Source: Eutreptiella sp. 'Long Island Sound 2002' (Eukaryota; Protista; Euglenida). Taken from it: a stretch of DNA of 64,000 nt. Below are positions 48,264-58,838 of this stretch, one piece after another. The DNA lies in assembly GCA_964036045.1 (NCBI GenBank), contig OZ038378.1, positions 159,030,001 through 159,094,000 on the forward strand, read 5' to 3'. The notes below the pieces were generated by a model, which made no database searches, was not told where the DNA came from, and worked only from the letters and a program-made list of their open reading frames with translations. The position numbers were made by a program, and so were the translations under genes. The number at the start of each line of letters is the position of its first letter. The stretch's first letter is position 1.

Positions 48264-48974
48264 TTATAAACATTTGAGGGGGGGGGTTGAGGCGCTCTCC
48301 CGGGGCTGAACGGCTCCCCAGCCCCGTCCGGCTGGTCGTGCTGTGGTTGTAGTTGCAGCTGGAGTCGCTGGAGATGGGGCCTGAGTTGCTGGAGATGGGG
48401 CCTGAGTTGCTGCCTGTCCTGCTGCCTGTCCTGCTGGTCGTGCTGTGGTTGTAGTTGCAGCTGGAGATGGGGCCTGAGTTGCTGGAGATGGGGCTTGAGT
48501 TGGGCGTGCAGTACTACTGCTGCTGCTGCTGCTGCCACCACTGCTGCAGTTGATATTGCTGCTGCTGCTGTTGGTGTTGTAGTTCTTGCTGGTGTTTGTA
48601 ATGCTACTGCTACTGCTGCTGCTGCTGCTGCTGGCATTGTTGTTGCTGCCACCACTGCTGCAGTTGATATTGCTGCTGCTGCTGTTGGTGTTGTAGTTGT
48701 TGCCTGTGTTTGTAATGCTACTGCTGCTGCTGCTGCTGCCCACAGGCTTCTGCTCCTTCACAAAAAACGCTGAAAGAGTCTTTGTAGTCTGCTGGCTCTT
48801 CACCCATTTTTGGTGTCCATCACTTTTGAAGTGCTCACGCTCAGCCTTTCCCACATTGGATATGAGTACTCCACAACCGCAGCTGTACTTCCCAGGCTGC
48901 TGCATAGCAAAGCAAACAATGGGGGTCTGCAGAAACACACAAAGCAACCCCAATGGCAAGACAAAAAATGTCAT
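48264..48974 (-). pseudogene. Transposase N-terminal zinc-finger remnant followed by low-complexity repeats
   Basis: KYSCGCGVLISNVGKAEREHFKSDGHQKW...TLSAFF (C2H2 with H-x-x-S-x-x-H, resembling hAT N-termini). No catalytic domain follows. Confidence 0.5.
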
Positions 48975-49077
48975 TGTAGCTCCAAACCTTGCAAAAAAAG
49001 CGAAAAAAAAGCGTCACTGTAGCTCCAAACCTTGCAAAAAAAGCGAAAAAAAAGCGGAGCTCAAAACAAATAACTGT

Positions 49078-49135
49078 ATTGGGAATTGAACCACCGACCT
49101 TTAAACCCTCACATAGCTGCACAACCGTTCAACTA
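49078..49135 (-). pseudogene. tRNA-like A/B-box relic upstream of the zinc-finger ORF
   Basis: Minus strand TAGTTGAACGG ... GGTCGGTGGTTCAATTCCC. Confidence 0.35.
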
Positions 49136-49397
49136 CAGTCTAGTTCAACTATGGTTATCTCGGATTCAGGTTGTTGAACACCTTCGAAATCGAAAAAAAA
49201 GCGCCACTCGCCTGCACACTAACATTAAACGGGGGGGGGTCCTAGACTACAGACCCACCCACCCAGAGTACAGTTCTAACAGGGAGGGGGGTCCCAGACT
49301 TTTGACCCGCCCACCCAGGCTGGGGCACCCACCCAGACCCCCCCCCCCCCCAGTTAACTTAATTCCTTATAAACGAAGCCTGGTTGGGTGTTGTAGA

Positions 49398-49597
49398 CAG
49401 GGCGGTCCTTAACGGGGAAAAAAAAAGGGTTCCGTTACACAGTTTTCCCAAAACAGCCCGCGGGCACACCATGTGTTGGCGGTGGGCGGTTGGCGGTTGG
49501 CGGCGGTTGGTGGTTGGCGGTTGGTGCTCCCTTGGGGCGGTCCCTAAGGGCGGTCCTTAGCAAAAAAAAAACCAGTCCCTTAAGGACCCCCCGCCTG
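49398..49597. mobile_element. MITE of the CAGGGCGGTCCTT family
   Basis: Starts CAGGGCGGTCCTTAA and ends near TTAAGGACCCCCCGCCTG, with internal GGCGGTT repeats. TSD not found. Confidence 0.55.
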
Positions 49598-50093
49598 GCA
49601 CTGCTCTCCGGGGATGCCTCAGATGCCCCTGCGGCAACGCCACAAGGGCCTCCATGCAAAGCATGTGCGACGGCCGAACACCCCCGCTCGACATGGGGAC
49701 GGCCCACGAAGGCCGGCTGGTCGGGATGCCTTGGGCAGACAAGGCCCCGTGACCATCAGGCCTGCCACGCGCCGCACCACGACTGAATGGGCACCATGTG
49801 TACCGGACGCTCTCGGAGCCCCGGCCGACGCGAACCAAATCCAAATCCGTCAGATGGACACAGCAAGCGAAGGCTTGCCCGCCGCAGGGCACGTGGCTGC
49901 CATGCGACCCTCCACCTTTGCACGCCGGGGCCCAAGGCCGACCCGCACGTACGCGACCGTGGGCCGTGTTGAAGCATCCCATACTCACCACCCCTCACCA
50001 CTCACCAAAACTGCGTGTCCGAGAGCCAAGCCTCACGAAGCCTCCCAACGTCAACGTGGGTGCCCGCAGTCCTTGCGGATGGGTCTGGCACAC

Positions 50094-50171
50094 CTGAAAC
50101 GCTGCCAGGCCCTCCTCCGTCTCCGCAAACTGCGTCCAGTTGGCACCCGCGTTGAACATGACAGTGGCAAT
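50094..50171 (-). CDS. Ttd14: Ttd14-like protein, exon 2
   Basis: gttcAG|IATVMFNAGANWTQFAETEEGLAAFQ|gtgtgc; phase 0 on both sides. Confidence 0.8.
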
Positions 50172-50678
50172 CTGAACGGACAACGTTCGGGGCAAAAGGG
50201 CAGGATTCGCGGGGGGTCATTGACGCTGAGGACGCCCAGTGGCGGGGGGGGGGGGTCGCGGAGCTCGGAGCTATGGAAGTGCGAAGGCGTCTACAAAGCG
50301 CAAGAGAGAAAAGGAGGGCGGGCGCGACAACAGCGGCCAGCAGCCCTGATCAACGTGTGGCCCATGAGGCGTGCCCGCTGCGGGTTGGGGGTACACCGGT
50401 GTCGAAGCGCCAGCCACCGAATGTCCGTGTCAACGGACGCCCACACCAGCCCCCCCGACCCCCCGTTACGCGACCGGACGCAAACGGCCGCCGCCACGAC
50501 CCGGACACCCCCAAAGCGGACGCCCGGGGTGCGCAACGAGCTGCACCATGGAACGTGCGCTGTCCTCGAACACGTGCCGAGGGCCGCAAACGAGACAGCA
50601 ACGGATAGACAGGGGCAGCAGCACATGAGGCCGCAAGGCACCCCGCAAGAACGCCGCACGCGCGCGGACGAGGCACAC

Positions 50679-50873
50679 CTCGGGCAGAGTGAAGACAAGG
50701 AACCCGTGGCTGGTCAGCTGCTCCTGAAGCTCCGCCGCCGCAGAACTCTTGCCGGCGCACGGGCCGCCGGTCAGAACGATTCGGTACGCGTTGTGGTTCT
50801 TGGCGCGCAGCAGATTGGCTGAAGGGACGGGCACAACGTCGGTCGCGTGCGCAGGCCACGCCCCGGGGTCCAT
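50679..50873 (-). CDS. Ttd14: Ttd14-like (AAA_28/NadR-type P-loop) protein, exon 1
   Basis: YRIVLTGGPCAGKSS (Walker A) ...FLVFTLPE|gtgtgc. The start ATG at 50873 is tentative. Confidence 0.88.
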
Positions 50874-51242
50874 CCGGCGTGCCGGACGGACTGCGGTACC
50901 GCGGGGCGCACTCGCCCATGTGTGTGTCCCCGGCAGTCGAGTGGACCGGGGTGCAGGTGTCCAACGCCCCTCCCCTTGCGGGACCTCACAGAACGCTCAC
51001 AACCGTTGCGGCAATCCGCCCCGCCACACGCCCCCTCGGGTCCTGCATAGTGCACGCCTTCACCTACTGGCAGAGGCCCATGCCCCCTTGCACCCATCGG
51101 GTATGTGCAAAGGGAATGGCAGCCGGTGGGCCCAGGACAGAAGGCAGAACAGTGCAGAACAGTGTCTGCGCACAACGGGTGTTTCCATGGTTTTCAGGCA
51201 CACTAATCCGGAAGTCATCTGTGTTTGGTGCACACTAATGCA

Positions 51243-51462
51243 CAGGGCGGCCTGTAACAGCCAAAAAAAAAGAAAAAGAAAAGAAAACGCTCCGTTACGC
51301 CTATGCTGTGAAAAAGCGGATACTAACGGCGGTTGGAGAGTGAATGACGGCCGTTGGAGGGTAACCGACGGCGGTTGGACGGTAACCGACGGTGGTTGGG
51401 TAACCGGCGGCGGTTCGAGCCCGTGGAAAAATGCCCTCAAGGGCGGTCCTTGATAAAATTAA

Positions 51463-51493
<31 letters not shown>

Positions 51494-51520
51494 CAGAGAG
51501 AGTCCTAAAGGACCGCCCTG
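51243..51520. mobile_element. hAT-like MITE (278 bp), CAGGGCGG...CCGCCCTG, containing a (GA)n tract
   Basis: Exact 8-bp TSD CTAATGCA at 51235-51242 and 51521-51528. Confidence 0.88.
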
Positions 51521-54011
51521 CTAATGCACAGGACTCTGTTGCCTATCCGGATAAAATCGATTGCTTATTAGGTGGTTTTTTCCGTTGTGCACCGGGAGGG
51601 AGTGTGTTTCGCCCCCACAAGATTTGTCGACCTGTTGAGCCCTCGCTGTCCAGTTTGTGTATCCCACGTCCCCTCCAAAACCGACCCCCTTTCGCCACTT
51701 GAGACACCGGGGGTTGTCGGGGTCACCGTACGTCACGCGGGTCCGACTATGCCCAACCATGTTGAGCGGGGTCTCGCGGACGCAGGCGGTTCCCGGCTCG
51801 CGCTGTGAAACGATGTGAAAGGAGCGAACACAAAGGAGGGTTCTCGAATTTCGCAGCCGGAAACTCGTGGCATGTCAAACGCCGGGAGGTCATTGGAGAG
51901 CCCGCAACGGGTTCCGCACGGTGCCCGCCCCGGATTGTTGCGAGCGCTCCCGGATAATTCGTGTCTAACCGTTCGGCAACACGGTTTTGGGGGGATATAA
52001 ATAAGCACGGAAATGCGCACGACAATTGGAGAGATTTCTTGGCCATACAACATCAATGGTCTCACCAAACGAGCTCAATTGACACGGCTCCGCAAAATCC
52101 AGCCGTTGTCGCCCGAACGGCGCGAGCAAAATGCAACGCCAATGCTTAACTTTGTCAAAAGACTTGTGTGTTGCGCCGAGACGTGCTAGATCGCAACAAG
52201 GGACCGGTCACCAAACTCATGTTCCACTCAAACGAGCAACGCACAATGTGTGCAACTAAAAAACATGGGACGGACACCACCCGCTAGATACCAATGCCTC
52301 GGATGTTGTCCTCAAGCTTGGAAATGTTGAGCGCGCATGGTCTAGCTTGAAGTTCGTAACCGAAAGACCATCTCGATACAACGACTAATCTCCACACTCC
52401 TTGGGTATGCGCCACTCTCTCATTGCACAATTGTTGTCTATCGATGCCGCGCCATGTGTACACAATGCGAAAGCATGTGCATGATCCATTTTGGGAAATT
52501 TTTATGATCCCTTCACGGAATTTCCTTGCCCCCAAGAGACGGTGGGAAATTTGCCCATTACAATTTCAAGACTAACAAACGACGCCCACAAGCGGAATCC
52601 ACATTCCGAATATTGCCCTCTCTTTGGAGTTGCCCTCTCTTTGGAGTGCGACCCTCGCAATTGGTCCGCATGGTGCACCCGACCTTAGCCCGTAGAAAAG
52701 TGGTGTATGGAACCTCGAGATTCGGTTCTATTTCGGATTGCATATGCTTCCCCATTCATGGAGGCTTCGGTTCCTTCAGTTGATCCAAGAGATTCTTCGG
52801 CTTGTCTCTTTGGCCCTGACGAATCCTAGGACACAATTGGTGCGGTTGAGAGGCTCGTAGATTTTGCTACCATTAAACCGAAGTACCGCGAAAGACAATG
52901 CCACACAACGTTCAAGACTAATCAACGGCAAAGCAAATAAGCAAAACAAGCTCGGCCACTATAATTGAGTGAAGTGCACAAAGCCCGCACGATGGGATTC
53001 CCCCCCCCCCCCTCGGAATACCGGTAGGGTGACAAGGGTGTCACAAAATGTTCATAACGTTCACGAGACAACGTAGTTCCCGGTTTTTTTTTTGGCACCA
53101 TGGTTGTTTCTAATTTCGCTTGCTCGCATCACATTGCTCAACATACATGTTGCAATTGAATCGAATTGGGCTTAGAGCACACGAGACATTGGGCAAACCC
53201 GAAGCCAACCCGAAAAAGACATCGCGAATATGTAAAACGAAGTCCACAAGTCATAAAGAGTTTGAATTGCAAAGAATAGCATTTGCAATGCAACTTTGGG
53301 ACGAATTTTGGATTACATCGCGGTTTTGCAAACATCGGGATCAATCAATATTTGCATTGGCCCCTAAAGCACACGGCATTAAACCGAATCTTATTTTTTC
53401 TTGTGGTGTTTGATACATTGTTCCACCAAAACCATTTCCGAAAAATGAGGATTCGCGGTACCGATTGAAATCAACATTGCCCGCGTGTATCGCGTCCATT
53501 TAATCACCACTCCGTCGCAACCGCCGCATCACGTGAGCGAGCAAAACCTCGTAACCGTGGAAAGGCACTCTTGATAATTGTCACAAAACAACCCAAAGTC
53601 TAAGGATAAACACAACATGCAGGCTAGGAAGAAGAAGAACAATACAACATCAAGGTTCGTACAAGTAATAGGATGAGCACCGGCTTAACAATTAACACAT
53701 CAAGTGGATGGATGGTGTAGTGCAAGTGTTGCCCTTGTTGATATGTCCCCATCGTGTTAATGACAAAGACACATCACCCGTAAGAAAAGTCGCGTTCCTA
53801 CCCTATGCGCGACTCGTTGGATGATTTTGTTTGAAAACACCGCACGAAAACACGATCTTCATTCCCCAAAGTGATATCTCGGAATTTTAAGACACTCATG
53901 GGCCGTCATCGGGTCGTGGTGATGTGCAACTTTGGACTTTGCGTCTTGCTCACTTCACAAGAAAAGCCGGATTACTAAGAATATGTAAGCGTACGCGTCG
54001 ATGGAATTTCC

Positions 54012-54560
54012 TTACACGCACCAGGTATTTAAAGTGAGACACACCTCCAATGCCCAACCCCCCATGTATTTCACAACGTATTTCACAACGATCTTTCCAA
54101 GATATGCGAAGGTTTTTGCCCCGTTAGTCAACACATCCTTGCGTTGCATTTTAGCGTTCGATCTTTTACGAACCATCAGGAGTGGTTTCACAACCCTCGA
54201 CCATGGAATCCTCGAACAATTAGCGTACAAGGATGTCCGTGCGCCGCATTGCACACCTCGAAGTTGCTTGACGTGGGCGAGCCTTCCACCAACGCTTCGA
54301 AGCTATCCGAAGTGGGACGTAAGTCCCCTGAAAGATTTTTGTTCGCCGGAGATTGGTGCGAAGAAGAGCTCGGACTAAGTGGGGACTCCCCTAATTGAAC
54401 CTTCTTTTTCTCCTTTTTCTTTGACGTATCGTCATCGGTTTTCTTCGTCCATAGTCCTTTGACTCCGTCAACAACCCTTTGTGCGAATCTCGGGCTCGAG
54501 GGCGCCGCGTTGTCACTCATGGAAAATCCCAAAGTGAAGTGGATCTACAAAACAACAAAA
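54012..54560 (-). pseudogene. Highly decayed non-LTR reverse transcriptase core, probably within a larger LINE remnant of about 52-58 kb
   Basis: Motifs in RT order across frameshifts: FCCFVD; PRFAQRVVDGVKGLW; VQLGESPLSP (~QGDPLSP); SLYAN (~LYADD); TFAYLG. Confidence 0.5.
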
Positions 54561-57500
54561 AACGTAAAGTTGAAATAGCCCTCAATAGCATTTTGTATCG
54601 TTTTGAGGTACTCTCCACCCACAAGTCACTCCCCGTGCCAAGATACCGTTGCACCGTGGTGGTATTGCGCAATAGTACGTGCAAGTCAAGGATGATGACT
54701 TGATGGGATTGATCTTCACAGGCAAATTTGTCGAGGGCTTGAAAAGTCAAACTACCCGGGAAAAGATGGACACTCGGAATCACACGGCTTTCGTTTCCCT
54801 TACGTGCCGGTGACTTCGCAAAGTTGCCGGTAGGACTGCATATTTTACCACGGGGGCTCTCCCACGTTTTGACCTCACGTGCAAGCAAGCAAACAAGGAA
54901 AGAGACAGCTTGAAGGGCGAACGTGGTTGTCCATTGGAGATCAATTGGTGCACTAACAGTTTCCCTAGCGCTGTCACAAGACAAGCAGTGCAAATATCTA
55001 ATGTCATTAGTACGAGAAAACCAATGCACATAGGAATAGCAATCAAGCACTTTGGTCGAAAGAGTTAAAACCGCGTCTTTCTTCGGGCTTTTGTTGAATC
55101 CAGAAATCGCGGCTGCTAAGAATCATTGCTGCAGTTTTAGACAGATCGAGACAGATATCACCAATATTGATTCAGAACTATTTGTCGCAGCAACTTGCAA
55201 TGAGCATTTTTCATTCGTGAGCATTTCCCTAACCCTCAAATTAAGTATTCTTCTATCTTAGCCCATGAATGTTAACCTCTCTGACCTTCGAGCCTTTTCA
55301 CCGACACCATTTCCACTTGATCAAACATGTCACTTCATTTTTCCATCTCCTCCAAATGAATTTTGGCCCCATTGACCTCAAAGCATTATTCCAGTTTGTC
55401 ACGTGCGGGGTACCCACAAATCCCCTCGGGTGCCACCAGCCGAAGCGGAGAATGCCACACGAATCATGACTTGAGCTAGATTGGTGCAACGAGTTGCTTG
55501 GATGAATGAAATTGTTGTTGTTGTTGTTGGATGCACTGCTTGATATTTGGGTGGTTCACATGAGTGGCAACCAAGCCATTTGTTCTACAGCTTGACTTGG
55601 TGCATTTCAATTTGGAATGCATTCCACGACAATAACTCTATGTGTTGAAGAATTTCGAAAGGTGCGCGCATTAATGGCACGACTAACAACCCCACAAAAG
55701 CTACGGTCGTGTTTACCGGATGGAGGCAAAAAGGGACTCCAATGTCCTGCAAGCGGATTGGACACTAAGACATGAGGAAGGACAACACGCCGTGATGTCA
55801 CATGTTTACATTTGTTGATGAATTTTCGTGTGCAACGTTGCCTCTCGGCTTTGTTTCGGCAATGAGTGCGCCTCTCATGCCACACACATTACCTCATCTC
55901 GAAGTTTTTTTTTGTCCGTGTGTGCGTGCGCACTGTAGTTCAGTGCGTCATCATTGTAGGATTCGACGTCGCGGTTGTGGCCAAGTGCCGTCGTGTGTTG
56001 GGTGGTGTGATGTGGTTTGTAATGTACCCATGGTAAGTATTAAGAGTCGCATGTCCTTCGGCGATTTTACGGTAGTGAGTGTGCCAACCTCCATATGCCA
56101 TCAGCGAGTTGCTTGTTGCAACGGTGTGCATTGGAGGTACGAAAGTCAAGGCGGTTCGCATCTCATGGGGTTGTCAAGCGATCAAACACATGGAACTCTC
56201 GGCGAAGAAATTCCAAATCTAGATTCCGTGCTCGCTTTAACATCAACAACGAAGAACGAAAAAAAGGCCGAAGCGAGTGATGGTTGTGAGAAAATCAACC
56301 CCACACATCGCCACCAAACTTCTTTATGGAATCTCCTGAAGCCAACAAAATACTACCAAAGGAGAAGCGGGTTTCTTGTGACAAAAGCCCCCCCAAAGAG
56401 GGCCTTCATGACTGAGGCCGACGAAAGCTTGGGGAGCTCAAACTTACATTTACAAATCTGCTCATCGCCAACGAATTTGTTCTTGCGCACTCGTCCCTTC
56501 TATGGTCTTTAATGCATCTTCGAGTGGGTTTCTTGATTTCGTGGTAGTGGCATCACTGAAACACATTTTCCCTATCTTGCATCTTGGATGAAGGCAATGT
56601 TGCCATTAGCAGTTGGGAACCAATGTCCGTCTATTTTGAACTGAACCTTAGTAAGTCGAGACATCAACCTCATGGAGTTGCCCTCCGTACGCTTACCAAC
56701 ACCGGTGGTTGGTATCTCGCACCTCAGCTTACAAGAATAAACGCATGTTTAAAACGATGTATGTATCTTTGTGGTTGTACGACATCAACATTGGGTAACT
56801 GAAGCATCAACCCACTTCCCCCCCTTAACTCGCCTAGCGTCGGATTGAAAATTGAACTCATTGGCCCGAGTGCAAGATTTTGGCATGGTTAGGAACGCCT
56901 TCTCCGATTGACAACTTGAGAACGCATGGGACTTGAAAACATACACGTCGTGATTCGCTTATTGGCCAAAATTGTTTTATCTCCACATTCCGTCTTGTTC
57001 AATCATTACTTTGCAACCTCTTACTCGCCATTACCACTTACCTGCGAGCTTGTTATCGGGTGAGTTGTGTACGTGCCACGGCATGGTTGGTACCACTATG
57101 AGGCGCATTACTTTATTTCGTGGGTTTCATGTGGCAAAATTGAACCGAAAATGTACTGCTTGGTGCAAGCGGTTGGCAGCCAACAAAAAAAACCGTGGAC
57201 ACGCAAACCAACTCATGTAATTTCCACGGAAAGGCGCCATTTTGCCGCTGGCATCGCCCTATCCGACTCCAATTCCTTGAAGACGCGATGCGAAAACCAT
57301 TAACTTTGTGCACACATGCCCATGAATTAGGTGAGAACAAAGAATGGTTTGAATGCAAGCCATCGGTTGGTACTTGAGTGGAAGTATGTGTCCCCCTTTT
57401 GTGCCTTAAGACGTATGCTACGTGAAAGTGCAAGGCCACTAAACGAGCACTCACACATGGTATCGCCAAGATTCTCGTTTCGGCATCCCCAATGCCAAGT

Positions 57501-58669
57501 TATTCATTTGTGTGTCAAAAGTTGATCTTTTGTCCCTTGTTGATCCCATGTTCGTGTTTTCGTGGCACGGTTATCTCTACGTGCCCCGGATGCGGACGGC
57601 TGTAGCGATTATTCGGTTAGTGGCGCCCATCAACTACACTGCCTTACACTACTCATAGGTCGGCATTTTGCTTGTCTTTTGCATACGCCAAATGCACAAC
57701 CTTGTGCACATATCACCCGTTTCGTTGCATTTTGTAGGACGACGCGGTGTGGGTACCTTGAAGGCCTAAATTCTGATATGGGAGCAAAAAAACACCACCC
57801 TTGTGCAAAAAGACACCGTCTCTAGTGCAAATTACATCTTCCATTGTACCGAACCGATCGTGCGGTGCACTTTGCGCAACGTGATTCACTCTCTTGCAAT
57901 GGCACTATGCTCCACTGTGTTGTTTCGCCCACACACATAACTCTTTGCCATAGAGCGTATAAAGGACGAAAACCAAGTGTCCTTTAGCAATAGCATTGAG
58001 CGTTGAACAAGTTCCATGTTTTCTTAAGCCGCCGCATGGTGTTCGTTGTGCTGTTGAACATGACGAGAACTTTTTATGTGTTCAAGTCATGCGCATAAGA
58101 CCAAACTTATGCATTCGTGATTCCGATGAGTGTTTGAGCGGACAAAATGATGGTAGGATGGTGCCATCAAAATTATGCCATGTTGTTAACTAGCCCCGTG
58201 CCGTGTGCTTGGTGTTTGGAGCTTATCCCATCAAACGGACGCATGCACCCAAAGTGGCTCCGTCCATTTTCTATGATGGACGCGGCCGGATGTGTCGTTC
58301 GTATCCGGAATGACGTAGTGTTGTTTCCAATACTTATTGACGCGGATGGGCCATTTTAGGTGCGTGCGTGCGCCACGGCCGCAAAAGCGGTCACTGCGCC
58401 GTTGTCAACGATTCGGAATGACCGACGGCGTCCTTGTGTCTTTTGGATTGCCTGCATCTTTTGTTTTTTGTTGTCCAATGTTGGTGCGTCTCGTGAATGT
58501 CCTTCATAATAGGCTCTCCTTGTTTTATGTCGTAATTGTGACACTATAAATGTAAGAAATATACCGGAAATGCCTGCATGTTTCATAAAGTGTAAATATA
58601 GCGGCTGTCTTTCGAGGAACCTCGCAGTTTGAGCATGATTGTGTGTTTTCGGCGGGGGACCGCCATGCC

Positions 58670-58760
58670 TTATAAATATAAGAAATATAACTATGTATAA
58701 ATATGTATACATAAATATAAATAGGTATAATAAATGACATATGCATATATAATATTATTA
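58670..58760. repeat. AT-rich low-complexity tract upstream of the CCCH gene
   Basis: Direct read (mostly A/T, ATAAAT/ATAT motifs). Confidence 0.7.
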
Positions 58761-58828
58761 ACGGTCTCTCTTTTCGACTCAAGTTCATCCCATCGCACTC
58801 CATTTGTCTATTCTGCTTTTTGTGTTGT

Positions 58829-58830
58829 AG
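58829..58830 (+). promoter_or_regulatory. Candidate SL trans-splice acceptor, 8 nt before the ATG
   Basis: ttctgctttttgtgttgtAG|cgtgagacATG. Confidence 0.5.
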
Positions 58831-58838
58831 CGTGAGAC

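Larger units (their letters stand above)
48172..49382 (-). mobile_element. hAT-like internally deleted element (1211 bp), same family as 5783-6348
   Basis: TIR CAGACTTCGTTTATAAGG...CCTTATAAACGAAGCCTG. Exact 8-bp TSD GTTGGGTG at 48164-48171 and 49383-49390. Confidence 0.9.

Noticed and set aside
55940-56161. Tyrosine-recombinase-like HEMR...GGW...Y motif
   Set aside because: The spacing to the Tyr does not fit, and no upstream catalytic Arg box was found.
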